32,000 bases of DNA from Delftia acidovorans NBRC 14950 (GTDB taxonomy: Bacteria > Pseudomonadota > Gammaproteobacteria > Burkholderiales > Burkholderiaceae_C). The position numbers and the translations under genes were made by a program. Location of the stretch: assembly GCF_001598795.1 (NCBI RefSeq), contig NZ_BCZP01000004.1, positions 60,001 through 92,000 on the forward strand. The letters run 5' to 3'. The notes beneath the pieces are model-generated. The model did not search any database. It saw only the letters and a program-made list of their open reading frames with translations, and was not told the DNA's origin. Below are positions 8,659 to 17,113 of this stretch, piece after piece (within the stretch, counting starts at the first letter, position 1; every line of letters starts with the position of its first letter).

Positions 8659-9789
8659 TCAGGCCTCCATGCGGATGATCTGGCGTATGGCCTCGCCACG
8701 CGCCAGGCGGTCGAAGCCCTCGTTGATCTGGTCCAGCGTCAGGTGGCCGGTGACCAGGCGGTCCACCGGCAGCCTGCCGGCCGCATGCAGGGCCAGGTAG
8801 CGGTCGATGTCGCGGCGCGGCACGCAGCTGCCCATGTAGCAGCCCTTGAGCGTGCGCTCCTCGGCCACCAGGTGCCAGACCGGCAGGCTGATGGCCTGGG
8901 CGCTGGAGGGCAGGCCCGCCGTCACGGTCTGGCCCCCGCGCCGCGTGATGCGGTAGGCCATCTCCAGTGCCTTGGCCGATCCCACCATCTCGAAGGCATG
9001 GTCCACGCCGCCGCCCGTCAGCGCCCGCACCTGCTTGACGGCATCCTCGTCGCCGGCATTGACGGTATCGGTGGCGCCGAATTCGCGCGCCATGGCCAGC
9101 TTGTCGGCATTGAGGTCCACGGCCACCACGCGGGCCGCGCCCGCCGCCGCCGCGCCCATCACCGAGGACAGGCCCACGCCGCCCAGCCCCACCACGGCCA
9201 CGCTCTGGCCGGGGCTCACTCTGGCGGTATTGGCCACCGCGCCCACGCCGGTCATCACGGCGCAGCCGAACAGCGCGGCCAGCTCCAGCGGCACCGACTT
9301 GTCGATGCGGTGCACGCCGCGGCGCGAGAGCACGGCATGCTCGGCAAAGGCCGAGACGCCGACGAAGTGCGAGATGGGCTGGCCATTGCGCGACAGCCGC
9401 CTGGCGCCCGACAGCAGGGTGCCCGCCACGCCGGCCTGGCTTGCGGGCTCGCAGAGCACCGGCCGGCCCTCGGCGCAGGGCTGGCAGTTGCCGCAGCCGG
9501 GCACGAAGAGCATGACCACGTGGTCGCCCACCCCCAGGTCGGTCACGCCCTCGCCCAGCGCCTGGATCACGCCTGCGGCCTCATGGCCGAGCACGATGGG
9601 CGTGTCGCGCGGACGGTCGCCGTTGATGATGGACAGGTCGGAGTGGCACACGCCTGCTGCGGCCACCTTGACCAGCACCTCGCCGGGGCCGGGCGGCGCC
9701 AGGTCCACCTCCCAGATCTCCAGCGGGCGGCTGTCGGCATAGGGCGCGGCTGCGCCCGTTCTCGTGAGTACGGCGGCGCGTGTCTTCAT
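8659..9789 (-). CDS. Zinc-dependent alcohol dehydrogenase (MDR family, class-III-like)
   Basis: Motifs GVCHSDLS, GHEAAGVI, CGNCQPCAEGRPVLC (structural Zn site) and VVGLGGVGLS (Rossmann). The ATG overlaps the stop of the upstream solute-binding gene (ATGA at 9786-9789). Confidence 0.9.
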   Translation of the reverse strand: MKTRAAVLTRTGAAAPYADSRPLEIWEVDLAPPGPGEVLVKVAAAGVCHSDLSIINGDRPRDTPIVLGHEAAGVIQALGEGVTDLGVGDHVVMLFVPGCGNCQPCAEGRPVLCEPASQAGVAGTLLSGARRLSRNGQPISHFVGVSAFAEHAVLSRRGVHRIDKSVPLELAALFGCAVMTGVGAVANTARVSPGQSVAVVGLGGVGLSSVMGAAAAGAARVVAVDLNADKLAMAREFGATDTVNAGDEDAVKQVRALTGGGVDHAFEMVGSAKALEMAYRITRRGGQTVTAGLPSSAQAISLPVWHLVAEERTLKGCYMGSCVPRRDIDRYLALHAAGRLPVDRLVTGHLTLDQINEGFDRLARGEAIRQIIRMEA

Positions 9790-11027
9790 GATGTCTTCAC
9801 CAGCTTGCAGCTGCTCTTGGACAGCGGGCGGAAGGCCTCGTCACCGGGAATGGTGGAAAGCACCTTGTAGTAGTCCCAGGGGTATCTGGATTCCTCGGGC
9901 TTCTTGATCTGCACCAGGTACATGTCGTGCACCATGCGGCCGTCCTCGCGCACCTTGCCGTTCTGGGCGAAGAAGTCCTCGATGGGCATCTGCTTGAGCT
10001 GGCGCGCCACCGCGTTGCCGTCGTCTCCCCTGGTGGCCTGCACGGCCTTGAGGTAGTTGGTGACGGCCGAGTAGGCGCCCGCATGGATCATGGAGGGCAT
10101 CTTCTTCATCTTCTCGAAGAAGCGCCGCGACCAGGCGCGCGTGGCCTCGGTGCGGTCCCAGTAAAAGCCCGTGGTCAGCACCATGCCCTGGCCGTAGCGC
10201 AGGCCCAGCGCATGCACGTCGTTGATGAACAGCAGGCTGGGCACCAGGGTCTGCCTGGGCGCGATGCCGAACTCGTGCGCAGCCTTGATGGCGTTGACCG
10301 TGTCGCTGGTGGCATTGGCCAGGTTGATCACCGAGGCCTTGGACGCCTGGGCCTGCAGCAGGAAGGACGAGAAATCACTGGCGTTGAGCGGATGGAAGGT
10401 GGTGCCCACCAGCTTGCCGCCGCCGTCTTTCAGGAAGTCGGTCACATTGGCCGTCATGGCCTTGCCGAAGGCATAGTCCACGCCCAGGATGAACCAGTCC
10501 TTCTTGCCCTGGGCCAGGATGCCGCGCACCGCGCCATTGGCCAGCGCATAGCTGTCGTAGGTGTAGTGGATGGCCGTGGGCGCGCAGTGCTCGTTGGTGA
10601 GGATGTCCGAGGCGCCGCCGGTGTTGATCACCATCTTGCCGCGCTCGCGCGCCAGGTTGTTGACGGCGATGGCGACGGCCGTGTTGTTGATGTCCACGAT
10701 CAGGTCCACGCCGTCGCGGTCGAACCAGGTGCGCGCATGGGTGGCGCCCACGTCGGCCTTGTTCTGGTGGTCGGCCCAGACCACCTCGATCTTCCTGCCC
10801 AGCACCTGGCCGCCGAAGTCGGCCACGGCCATCTTCGCGGCCTCGACGGAGCCGCGCCCCGCCGTGTCCGCATACAGGCCCGACATGTCGCTGAGCACGC
10901 CGATGCGCACCACATCGTCCGATATCTGCTGCGCCTGCGCCGCCGCCGTCCACAGCAGGCCAGCGCCCAGCGCGCAGCCGGCAGCGCGCGCCTTGGTCAA
11001 GCCGCCTCGCATCAAGCCTTTCCGCAT
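9786..11027 (-). CDS. ABC-transporter periplasmic substrate-binding protein (LivK/AmiC-like, Peripla_BP_6 type)
   Basis: Signal peptide ...AGCALGAGLLWTAAAQAQQ, then VRIGVLSDMSGLYADTAGRGSVEAAKMAVADFGG...ADHQNKADVG. AAGGAGA lies 5 nt upstream of the ATG at 11027. No permease or ATPase gene is adjacent. Confidence 0.88.
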   Translation of the reverse strand: MRKGLMRGGLTKARAAGCALGAGLLWTAAAQAQQISDDVVRIGVLSDMSGLYADTAGRGSVEAAKMAVADFGGQVLGRKIEVVWADHQNKADVGATHARTWFDRDGVDLIVDINNTAVAIAVNNLARERGKMVINTGGASDILTNEHCAPTAIHYTYDSYALANGAVRGILAQGKKDWFILGVDYAFGKAMTANVTDFLKDGGGKLVGTTFHPLNASDFSSFLLQAQASKASVINLANATSDTVNAIKAAHEFGIAPRQTLVPSLLFINDVHALGLRYGQGMVLTTGFYWDRTEATRAWSRRFFEKMKKMPSMIHAGAYSAVTNYLKAVQATRGDDGNAVARQLKQMPIEDFFAQNGKVREDGRMVHDMYLVQIKKPEESRYPWDYYKVLSTIPGDEAFRPLSKSSCKLVKTS

Positions 11028-11173
11028 ATCCGTCTCCTTGTCTCGGGGTTGTTTTTCTGGATACCGAAGGCAAGCCTAAGCAGGCCATAGCGGCCCGCCT
11101 ATGCGCGATTGCGAAAGGCGGGGTTGCAGCGCTGCGAAGCCGGGTTTGCCCCGACTCCGGCCCGCCGCCGCGC

Positions 11174-12199
11174 TCAGTCCGCCTGGATGCCGGCCACCTT
11201 GACCACCTGGGCCCATTTGCGCAGCTCGCTGCTCAGGCGCTCGCGCATCTGCTGCTGGGTGCCGGGGTCGGCCTCGGCGCCCGCCGTCAGCAGGCGCTGG
11301 CGCACGGCGGCATCGCGCAGCGCGGTGTTGAAGTCGGCGTTGATGCGCGCCAGCACGGCGGGCGGCGTGCGGGCCGGCGCAAACAGCGCGGCCCAGGAAT
11401 AGGCCTCGTACTCGGGCAGGCCCGACTCGGCAATGGTGGGCACCTCGGGCAGCATGGCCGAGCGCTGGCGGCTGGCCACGCCCAGCACCTTGATGCGGCC
11501 GGACTTGATGTGCTGCAGCGCGCTGGGCGCATCGGCAAACATCAGCTGCACCTGGCCGCCCAGCAGGTCGTTCATGGCCGGCGCGCTGCCCTTGTAGGGA
11601 ATGTGCTGCAGCTTGATGCCTGCATGCATGTTGAACAGCTCGCCGGCCAGGTGCGTGCCGCCGCCATTGCCCGAGGAGCCGAAGCTCAGGCCATTGCCGG
11701 ACTTGGCCAGCGCGATCAGCTCGCGCACATTGCTGGCGGGCACCGAGGGATGGGCCACCAGGAAGACCGGGAACATGGCGGCAAAGCTCACGGGCGCGAA
11801 GTCGCGCTCTATGTCGTAGGTCATCTTCGGCTGCAGCGCCGGGTTCACCGCATGGTGGATGGAGCCCACGAACAGCGTGTAGCCGTCGGCAGGCTCCTTG
11901 GCCGCAAGGGCCGCGCCCACCATGCCGCCGGCGCCCGCGCGGTTGTCCACCAGGTTGGGCTGCTGCCAGATCTCGCCCAGCTTCTGGGTGAAGGCGCGCG
12001 CCGTGGTGTCCACGGGACCGCCGGGCGGAAAGGGCACGATGAAGCGCACGGGCCGCGTGGGCCAGGCATCGGCCGCATGGGCCACCCGGGCTGCGGGAAA
12101 CAGGCTGCTGGCAGCCAGCGCGCCGCCGGCGGACAGCAGGCGGCGGCGCTGCGACGAAAAGGAAGACGGGCAAGAGGATGGGAGGGAAGACGGGGGCAT
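11174..12199 (-). CDS. Bug-family (TctC-like) solute-binding protein with a twin-arginine-like signal
   Basis: MPPSSLPSSCPSSFSSQRRRLLSAGGALAASSLFPAARVAHA, then VRFIVPFPPGGPVD...QHIPYKGSAPAMNDLLGGQV. The upstream 45 codons of track ORF 11174..12334 were discarded. Confidence 0.88.
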   Translation of the reverse strand: MPPSSLPSSCPSSFSSQRRRLLSAGGALAASSLFPAARVAHAADAWPTRPVRFIVPFPPGGPVDTTARAFTQKLGEIWQQPNLVDNRAGAGGMVGAALAAKEPADGYTLFVGSIHHAVNPALQPKMTYDIERDFAPVSFAAMFPVFLVAHPSVPASNVRELIALAKSGNGLSFGSSGNGGGTHLAGELFNMHAGIKLQHIPYKGSAPAMNDLLGGQVQLMFADAPSALQHIKSGRIKVLGVASRQRSAMLPEVPTIAESGLPEYEAYSWAALFAPARTPPAVLARINADFNTALRDAAVRQRLLTAGAEADPGTQQQMRERLSSELRKWAQVVKVAGIQAD

Positions 12200-12345
12200 G
12201 GCGAAACTCCGGGCAACGGGCGGCGGCTTGCCGCGCGGCCCATTCTGGGCAAGCCGGCCTGCGCCGTGTTTCGCGAATGTGGAAGGCGCGCTTCCAGGGC
12301 TCCCAAGCGGTGGAAACCCTGGGAAGCGGTCCACTCCGATGCAGC

Positions 12346-12699
12346 CTAGTGGCTGATCATCCAGGGCCGCCGCGAGGGCGCGGACTTTGCGCCGTTGGGC
12401 GCCGTCACCGTGGCGCTGCGCCGCCCCGATCCGCAGCAGCCGCAGCCTGCCGGGTGCTTGAAGCGCGCATAGCCATGGTCATAGTCACGCGAGCTGGCGG
12501 GCTCGTGGCGCGCGCGCTCGTTGGTATCCATGGCGCGGCGCGTGCCGTCGGCCATCAGCGCCAGCCGGGGCGCGGCGGCCAGCACGCGCGCAGCAGCCGT
12601 GCCGCAGCCGGGGCAGGCCGCGGGCTCGTCGCGCAGGCGCAGCGGCCGCAGGGCCTCGAAGCCGCCGCATTGCGCGCAGTCGTAGTCGTAGGTGGGCAT
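12346..12699 (-). CDS. fmdB: FmdB-family zinc-ribbon putative regulatory protein
   Basis: MPTYDYDCAQCGGFEALRPL...ACPGCGT is the CxxC...CxxC FmdB ribbon. AAGGAG lies upstream of the ATG at 12699. The gene starts 17 nt after the formamidase stop. Confidence 0.85.
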   Translation of the reverse strand: MPTYDYDCAQCGGFEALRPLRLRDEPAACPGCGTAAARVLAAAPRLALMADGTRRAMDTNERARHEPASSRDYDHGYARFKHPAGCGCCGSGRRSATVTAPNGAKSAPSRRPWMISH

Positions 12700-12716
12700 G
12701 GGCGGGCTCCTTGGCG

Positions 12717-13949
12717 TCAGCGCAGGTCGGGGGACAGGGGCATGTCCACGCTGCCGTCGAACTGGACGACCGGCCCTGCGGCGTTGGGGTTGATGTCGAA
12801 GTCGAAGATGCCCGTGGGCAGCCACAGCGTGGCGCAGGAGTTGGGCACGTCCACCACGCCGCTGATATGGCCCTGCACGGGCGCCGTGCCCAGGATGGAA
12901 TACGCCTGGGCGCCGCTGTAGCCGAACTTCTTCAGGTATTCGATGGCGTTCAGGCAGGCCTGGCGGTAGGCCACGTTGACATCCAGGTAGTGCTGCCTGC
13001 CGCTCTCGTCCACCGAGATGCCCTCGAAGATCAGGTAGTCGTCATAGCGCGGCGTGATGGGGCTGGGCTTGAAGATGGGGTTCTTGATGCCGTACTTGGC
13101 CATGCCGCCTTTGATGAGGCTGACCTTCATGTGCACCCAGCCGGCCATCTCGATGGCGCCGCAGAAGGTGATCTCGCCATCGCCCTGGCTGAAGTGAAGG
13201 TCGCCCACGCTCAGGCCGGCGCCGTCCACATAGACGGGGAAGAACACCTTGGCGCCGCGCGACAGATCCTTGATGTCGCAGTTGCCGCCATGCTCGCGCG
13301 GCGGCACGGTGCGCGCGCCTTCGGCGGCGGCCTTGTCGCGCGCCTCGCTGCGCATCTGACCCATGTGGGCCGTGCCGGCCGACGGCGGGTTGGCCAGGCC
13401 GGGCACGCGTTCGGGGTCGGTGGCGATCAGGGCGCGCTCGCGCTCGTTCCACATCTCCAGCATGGGCCGGTCAGGCAGGCAGCCGATGAGGCCGGGATGG
13501 ATGAGGCCGGGGAAGTTCACGCCCGGGATATGGCGCGAGCTGGTGAACATGCCCTTGAAGTCCCAGATCGATTTCTGGGCCGAGGGGAAATGGTCGGTCA
13601 GAAAGCCGCCGCCATTGTTTTTGGAGAAAAAGCCGTTGAAGCCCCAGAGGCTGTCGGGCTTGGCGCCGATGTCCAGCAGGTCCACCACCAGCAGGTCGCC
13701 GGGCTGGGCGCCCTTCACGCCCACGGGTCCGGACAGGTAGTGCACCGTGGTCAGGTCGATGTCGCGCACATCGTCGGCGCTGTCGTTGTTCTTGATGAAG
13801 CCGCCGGTCCAGTCGTAGGTCTCCAGGATGAAGTCGTCGCCGGGCTGGACCCAGCAGGCCATGGGAATGTCCGGGTGCCAGCGGTTGTGGACTCTTTCGT
13901 TGTCGGTGGGCGGGCGGTTCAGGTCAACCTTGATCAGCGTATCCGTCAT
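12717..13949 (-). CDS. fmdA: Formamidase/acetamidase (FmdA_AmdA family)
   Basis: MTDTLIKVDLNRPPTDNERVHNRWHPDIP...YLSGPVGVKGAQPGDLLVVDLLDIG...HGGNCDIKDL...GDLHFSQGDGEITFCGAIEMAGW is the family signature. A GGAGG-type SD precedes the ATG at 13949. Confidence 0.9.
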   Translation of the reverse strand: MTDTLIKVDLNRPPTDNERVHNRWHPDIPMACWVQPGDDFILETYDWTGGFIKNNDSADDVRDIDLTTVHYLSGPVGVKGAQPGDLLVVDLLDIGAKPDSLWGFNGFFSKNNGGGFLTDHFPSAQKSIWDFKGMFTSSRHIPGVNFPGLIHPGLIGCLPDRPMLEMWNERERALIATDPERVPGLANPPSAGTAHMGQMRSEARDKAAAEGARTVPPREHGGNCDIKDLSRGAKVFFPVYVDGAGLSVGDLHFSQGDGEITFCGAIEMAGWVHMKVSLIKGGMAKYGIKNPIFKPSPITPRYDDYLIFEGISVDESGRQHYLDVNVAYRQACLNAIEYLKKFGYSGAQAYSILGTAPVQGHISGVVDVPNSCATLWLPTGIFDFDINPNAAGPVVQFDGSVDMPLSPDLR

Positions 13950-14314
13950 GTGCAAAAACCTCCTGGGTGGGTGGGGATCGACAGCGGAGAACGGGCCGGG
14001 GGTGCGGCGCGCCATTGCCGGCCTTCCTGTGGCGCCACGCTGTGCCAAAGCGGCGGCGCGCCCTCGGTGCGCTGGCAGGCGGCGCAGGGCGGGTATGAAG
14101 AAAAGGCCGGGAATGCATAAACACCATAGCAGCCGTGCCCGCCGGCCCGCCTAGGCAGCAACCCTGGGTTGACAGCCGGGCGCCGGCACTGGTGAAGCCA
14201 CCCTTCCAGATTGGCGAATTGAAGCGGCCCCGCGATGCGGGCATGCTGGCGGACAGCCGCTGCGCCCGCGTGCCGGGTGCAGCGCCAAGAACACCGAGAA
14301 CGGAAATACCGCCC

Positions 14315-14719
14315 ATGCACCTGAGCGCACAGACCCACTACCAGGCCGAACTCGATGCCGGCCGCTTCTGCATACAGCAGTGCCCGCAATGCACGCGCCA
14401 TGTCTTCACCCCGCGCGAGCTGTGCCCGCACTGCGGCGCCAGCCCGCTGCGCTGGGTGCGCGCCAGCGGCCAGGGCACGGTCTACTCCACCAGCACCGTC
14501 GCACGCAAGAGCGATGCCGGTGGCGACTGCAACGTGGCCCTGATCGACCTGGACGAAGGCGTGCGCATGATGGGCCGCGTCGAAGGCATTTCGCCGGCCG
14601 ACGTGCGCATAGGCCAGCGCGTGAGCGCCCATGTGGCGAGCAAGGACGGACGCGGCCTGGTGCTGTTCCAGCCCGCGCTCGGACAGGTGGCACAGGGATC
14701 GCAGGGAGGTGCAGCATGA
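14315..14719 (+). CDS. DUF35 Zn-ribbon/OB-fold protein (thiolase partner)
   Basis: CIQQCPQCTRHVFTPRELCPHCGAS is a rubredoxin-like ribbon, followed by an OB-fold segment (GTVYSTSTV...ALIDLDEGVRMMGRV). Its stop overlaps the thiolase start (ATGA at 14716-14719). Confidence 0.85.
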   Translation: MHLSAQTHYQAELDAGRFCIQQCPQCTRHVFTPRELCPHCGASPLRWVRASGQGTVYSTSTVARKSDAGGDCNVALIDLDEGVRMMGRVEGISPADVRIGQRVSAHVASKDGRGLVLFQPALGQVAQGSQGGAA

Positions 14720-15927
14720 GCGCCCGTATCCCCCAATCCACCCTGGACGCCGCCGCCGTGAACCGCCCGCTGCGCGGGCGCGTGGCCATTGCCGGCGCCG
14801 CCACCTATGGCTGCGGCGAGGCCCCCGGCATGGACGACATGACCCTGCTGGTGCGCGCCGCCCATGCGGCCGTGGCCGATGCGGGCCTGACCATGCAGGA
14901 CATCGACGGCCTGGCCACCTGCAGCGTCAACGCCAGCATGTGGACCATGCCCGTGATCGAGCACCTGGGCATCAACCCCACCTATGTGGACGGCACGATG
15001 ATCGGCGGAAGCAGCTTCATCGCCCACCTGCTGCCCGCCATCCGCGCGCTGGAGGCCGGCCAGTGCAAGGCCGTGCTGGTGTGCTACGGCAGCGCCCAGC
15101 GCTCGGCCACCTTCGGCCGCAAGGAAGGCCAGGCGGCGCGGCGATTCCTGGACCCGCAGCCCTATGAGTTCCCCTACGAGCCCGTGCTGCCCGTGACCGC
15201 CTATGCGCTGGCGGCCGCGCGCCACATGCACGAGTTCGGCACCACGCGCGAGCAACTGGCCGAGGTGGCCGTGGCCGCGCGTGCCTGGGCCCAGCTCAAC
15301 CCCGAAGCCTTCATGCGCGACCCGCTGACCATCGAGGACGTGCTCTCGGCCCGCCCCATCGCCAGCCCCTTGAGCGTGCGCGACTGCTGCCTGGTGACGG
15401 ACGGCGCGGGCGCCATCGTGCTGGTGCGCGGCGAGCGCGCCCGCGACCTGCCGCGCCCCCCCGTCTACGTGCTGGGCAATGCCACCGCCATCTGGAACCG
15501 CCAGATCTCCTGCATGCCCGACCTGACCACCACGGCCGCCGCGCAGTCCGGCGCCCAGGCCTTTGCCATGGCGGGGCTCACCGCTGCCGACATGGACATG
15601 GCCCAGGTCTACGACGCCTTCACCATCAACACCCTGCTGTTCCTGGAGGACCTGGGCTTTTGCGCCAAGGGCGAGGGCGGCGCCTTCGTGTCCAAGGGCG
15701 GTATCGCGCCCGGCGGGCGGCTGGCCGTCAACACCAACGGCGGCGGCCTGTCCTGCGTGCACCCGGGCATGTACGGCATCTTTGCGCTGATCGAGGCCGT
15801 GCGCCAGCTGCGCGGCGAGGCTGGCCAGCGCCAGCTGGGACGCCACCGCACGGCCGTGGTCCATGGCAATGGCGGCACGCTGTCCAGCCAATCCACGGCG
15901 GTGCTGGGTACGGCCGAAGCGCTTTGA
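14716..15927 (+). CDS. Thiolase-like protein (SCP-x / lipid-transfer type, DUF35-associated)
   Basis: About 403 aa, with thiolase N- and C-domain features (VAIAGAATYGCGE..., NTNGGGLSCVHPGMYGIFALIEAVRQLRGEAG). It shows the classic pairing with an upstream DUF35 gene. Confidence 0.88.
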   Translation: MSARIPQSTLDAAAVNRPLRGRVAIAGAATYGCGEAPGMDDMTLLVRAAHAAVADAGLTMQDIDGLATCSVNASMWTMPVIEHLGINPTYVDGTMIGGSSFIAHLLPAIRALEAGQCKAVLVCYGSAQRSATFGRKEGQAARRFLDPQPYEFPYEPVLPVTAYALAAARHMHEFGTTREQLAEVAVAARAWAQLNPEAFMRDPLTIEDVLSARPIASPLSVRDCCLVTDGAGAIVLVRGERARDLPRPPVYVLGNATAIWNRQISCMPDLTTTAAAQSGAQAFAMAGLTAADMDMAQVYDAFTINTLLFLEDLGFCAKGEGGAFVSKGGIAPGGRLAVNTNGGGLSCVHPGMYGIFALIEAVRQLRGEAGQRQLGRHRTAVVHGNGGTLSSQSTAVLGTAEAL

Positions 15928-15955
15928 TTCCGTAGAGAGAAGAAAGAACACCGCA

Positions 15956-17113
15956 ATGATCCGCGACCAAGAAACCCTCGAAGCCCTGCTGGACAGCGTG
16001 CGCCGCTTTGTGCGCGAGCGCCTGGTGCCCGCCGAGAACGAAGTGGCCGAGACCGACGAGATTCCCGAGTCCATCGTGCAGGAGATGCGCAATCTGGGCC
16101 TGTTCGGCATGACCATCCCCGAGCAGTTCGGCGGGCTGGAGCTGACCATGGAGGAAGAGGTGCGCGTGCTCTTCGAGCTGTGCCAGACCGCGCCGGCCTT
16201 CCGCTCGGTGATCGGCACGACCGTGGGCATAGGCTCGCAGGGCATCCTCATCGACGGCACGCCCGAGCAGCAGGCGGCCTGGCTGCCCAAGCTGGCCACG
16301 GGCGAGATCATGGCCTCGTTCGCGCTGACCGAGCCCGAGGCGGGATCGGACGCGGCCTCGCTGCGCACCACCGCCATCAGGGATGGGGACCACTACGTGG
16401 TCAACGGCAACAAGCGCTTCATCACCAATGCGCCGCATGCGGGCATGTTCACGCTGATGGCGCGCACCGACCCGGCCAACAAGGGCGCGGGCGGCGTCTC
16501 GGCCTTCATCGTCGATGCGAAGTCGCCGGGCATCAGCTTCGGCAAGAACGACGTGAAGATGGGCCAGAAGGGCGCGCACACCTGCGACGTGTTCTTCGAC
16601 AACGTGCGCGTGCCGGCGGCCAACCTCATCGGCCTGAAGGAAGGCCAGGGCTTCAAGACCGCCATGAAGGTGCTGGACAAGGGCCGCATCCACATCGCGG
16701 CCGTGAGCGTGGGCGTGGCGCAGCGCATCCTGCGCGACGCGCTGAACTATGCGCTGGAGCGCAAGCAGTTCGGCCAGCCCATCTGCGAGTTCCAGCTGGT
16801 GCAGGCCATGCTGGCCGACAGCCAGGCCGAGCTGTATGCGGCCGAGTGCATGGTGATCGACGCCGCGCGCCGCCGCGACGAAGGCCGCAACGTCTCCACC
16901 GAGGCCTCGTGCTGCAAGATGTTCGCCACCGAGATGGTGGGCCGTGTGGCCGACCGCGCCGTGCAGATCCTGGGCGGCTCGGGCTACCTGGCCGAGTTCG
17001 GCATCGAGCGCTTCTACCGCGACGTGCGGCTGTTCCGCCTGTATGAAGGCACGACCCAGATCCAGCAGGTCATCATCGCGCGCAACATGGTGCGCGAGGC
17101 GCGCGCCGCATGA
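15956..17113 (+). CDS. Acyl-CoA dehydrogenase
   Basis: MIRDQETLEALLDSVRRFVRERLVPAENEV..., FALTEPEAGSDAASL, and C-terminal QILGGSGYLAEFGIERFYRDVRLFRLYEGTTQIQ. Confidence 0.92.
   Translation: MIRDQETLEALLDSVRRFVRERLVPAENEVAETDEIPESIVQEMRNLGLFGMTIPEQFGGLELTMEEEVRVLFELCQTAPAFRSVIGTTVGIGSQGILIDGTPEQQAAWLPKLATGEIMASFALTEPEAGSDAASLRTTAIRDGDHYVVNGNKRFITNAPHAGMFTLMARTDPANKGAGGVSAFIVDAKSPGISFGKNDVKMGQKGAHTCDVFFDNVRVPAANLIGLKEGQGFKTAMKVLDKGRIHIAAVSVGVAQRILRDALNYALERKQFGQPICEFQLVQAMLADSQAELYAAECMVIDAARRRDEGRNVSTEASCCKMFATEMVGRVADRAVQILGGSGYLAEFGIERFYRDVRLFRLYEGTTQIQQVIIARNMVREARAA

Noticed and set aside
12200-12334. The 45-codon N-terminal extension of the third Bug ORF, and similar upstream extensions of the fmdA, fmdB, porin, DUF35, ACAD and thiolase track ORFs
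   Set aside because: The internal starts are preceded by SD sequences or ATGA overlaps and give canonical N-termini (signal peptides or conserved first helices). The extensions run across structured intergenic DNA.
14031-14047. Sigma-54-like TGGCACAGCGTGGCGC on the minus strand upstream of fmdA
   Set aside because: The spacing between the GG and GC elements is off by one, and the -12 region does not match TTGC.
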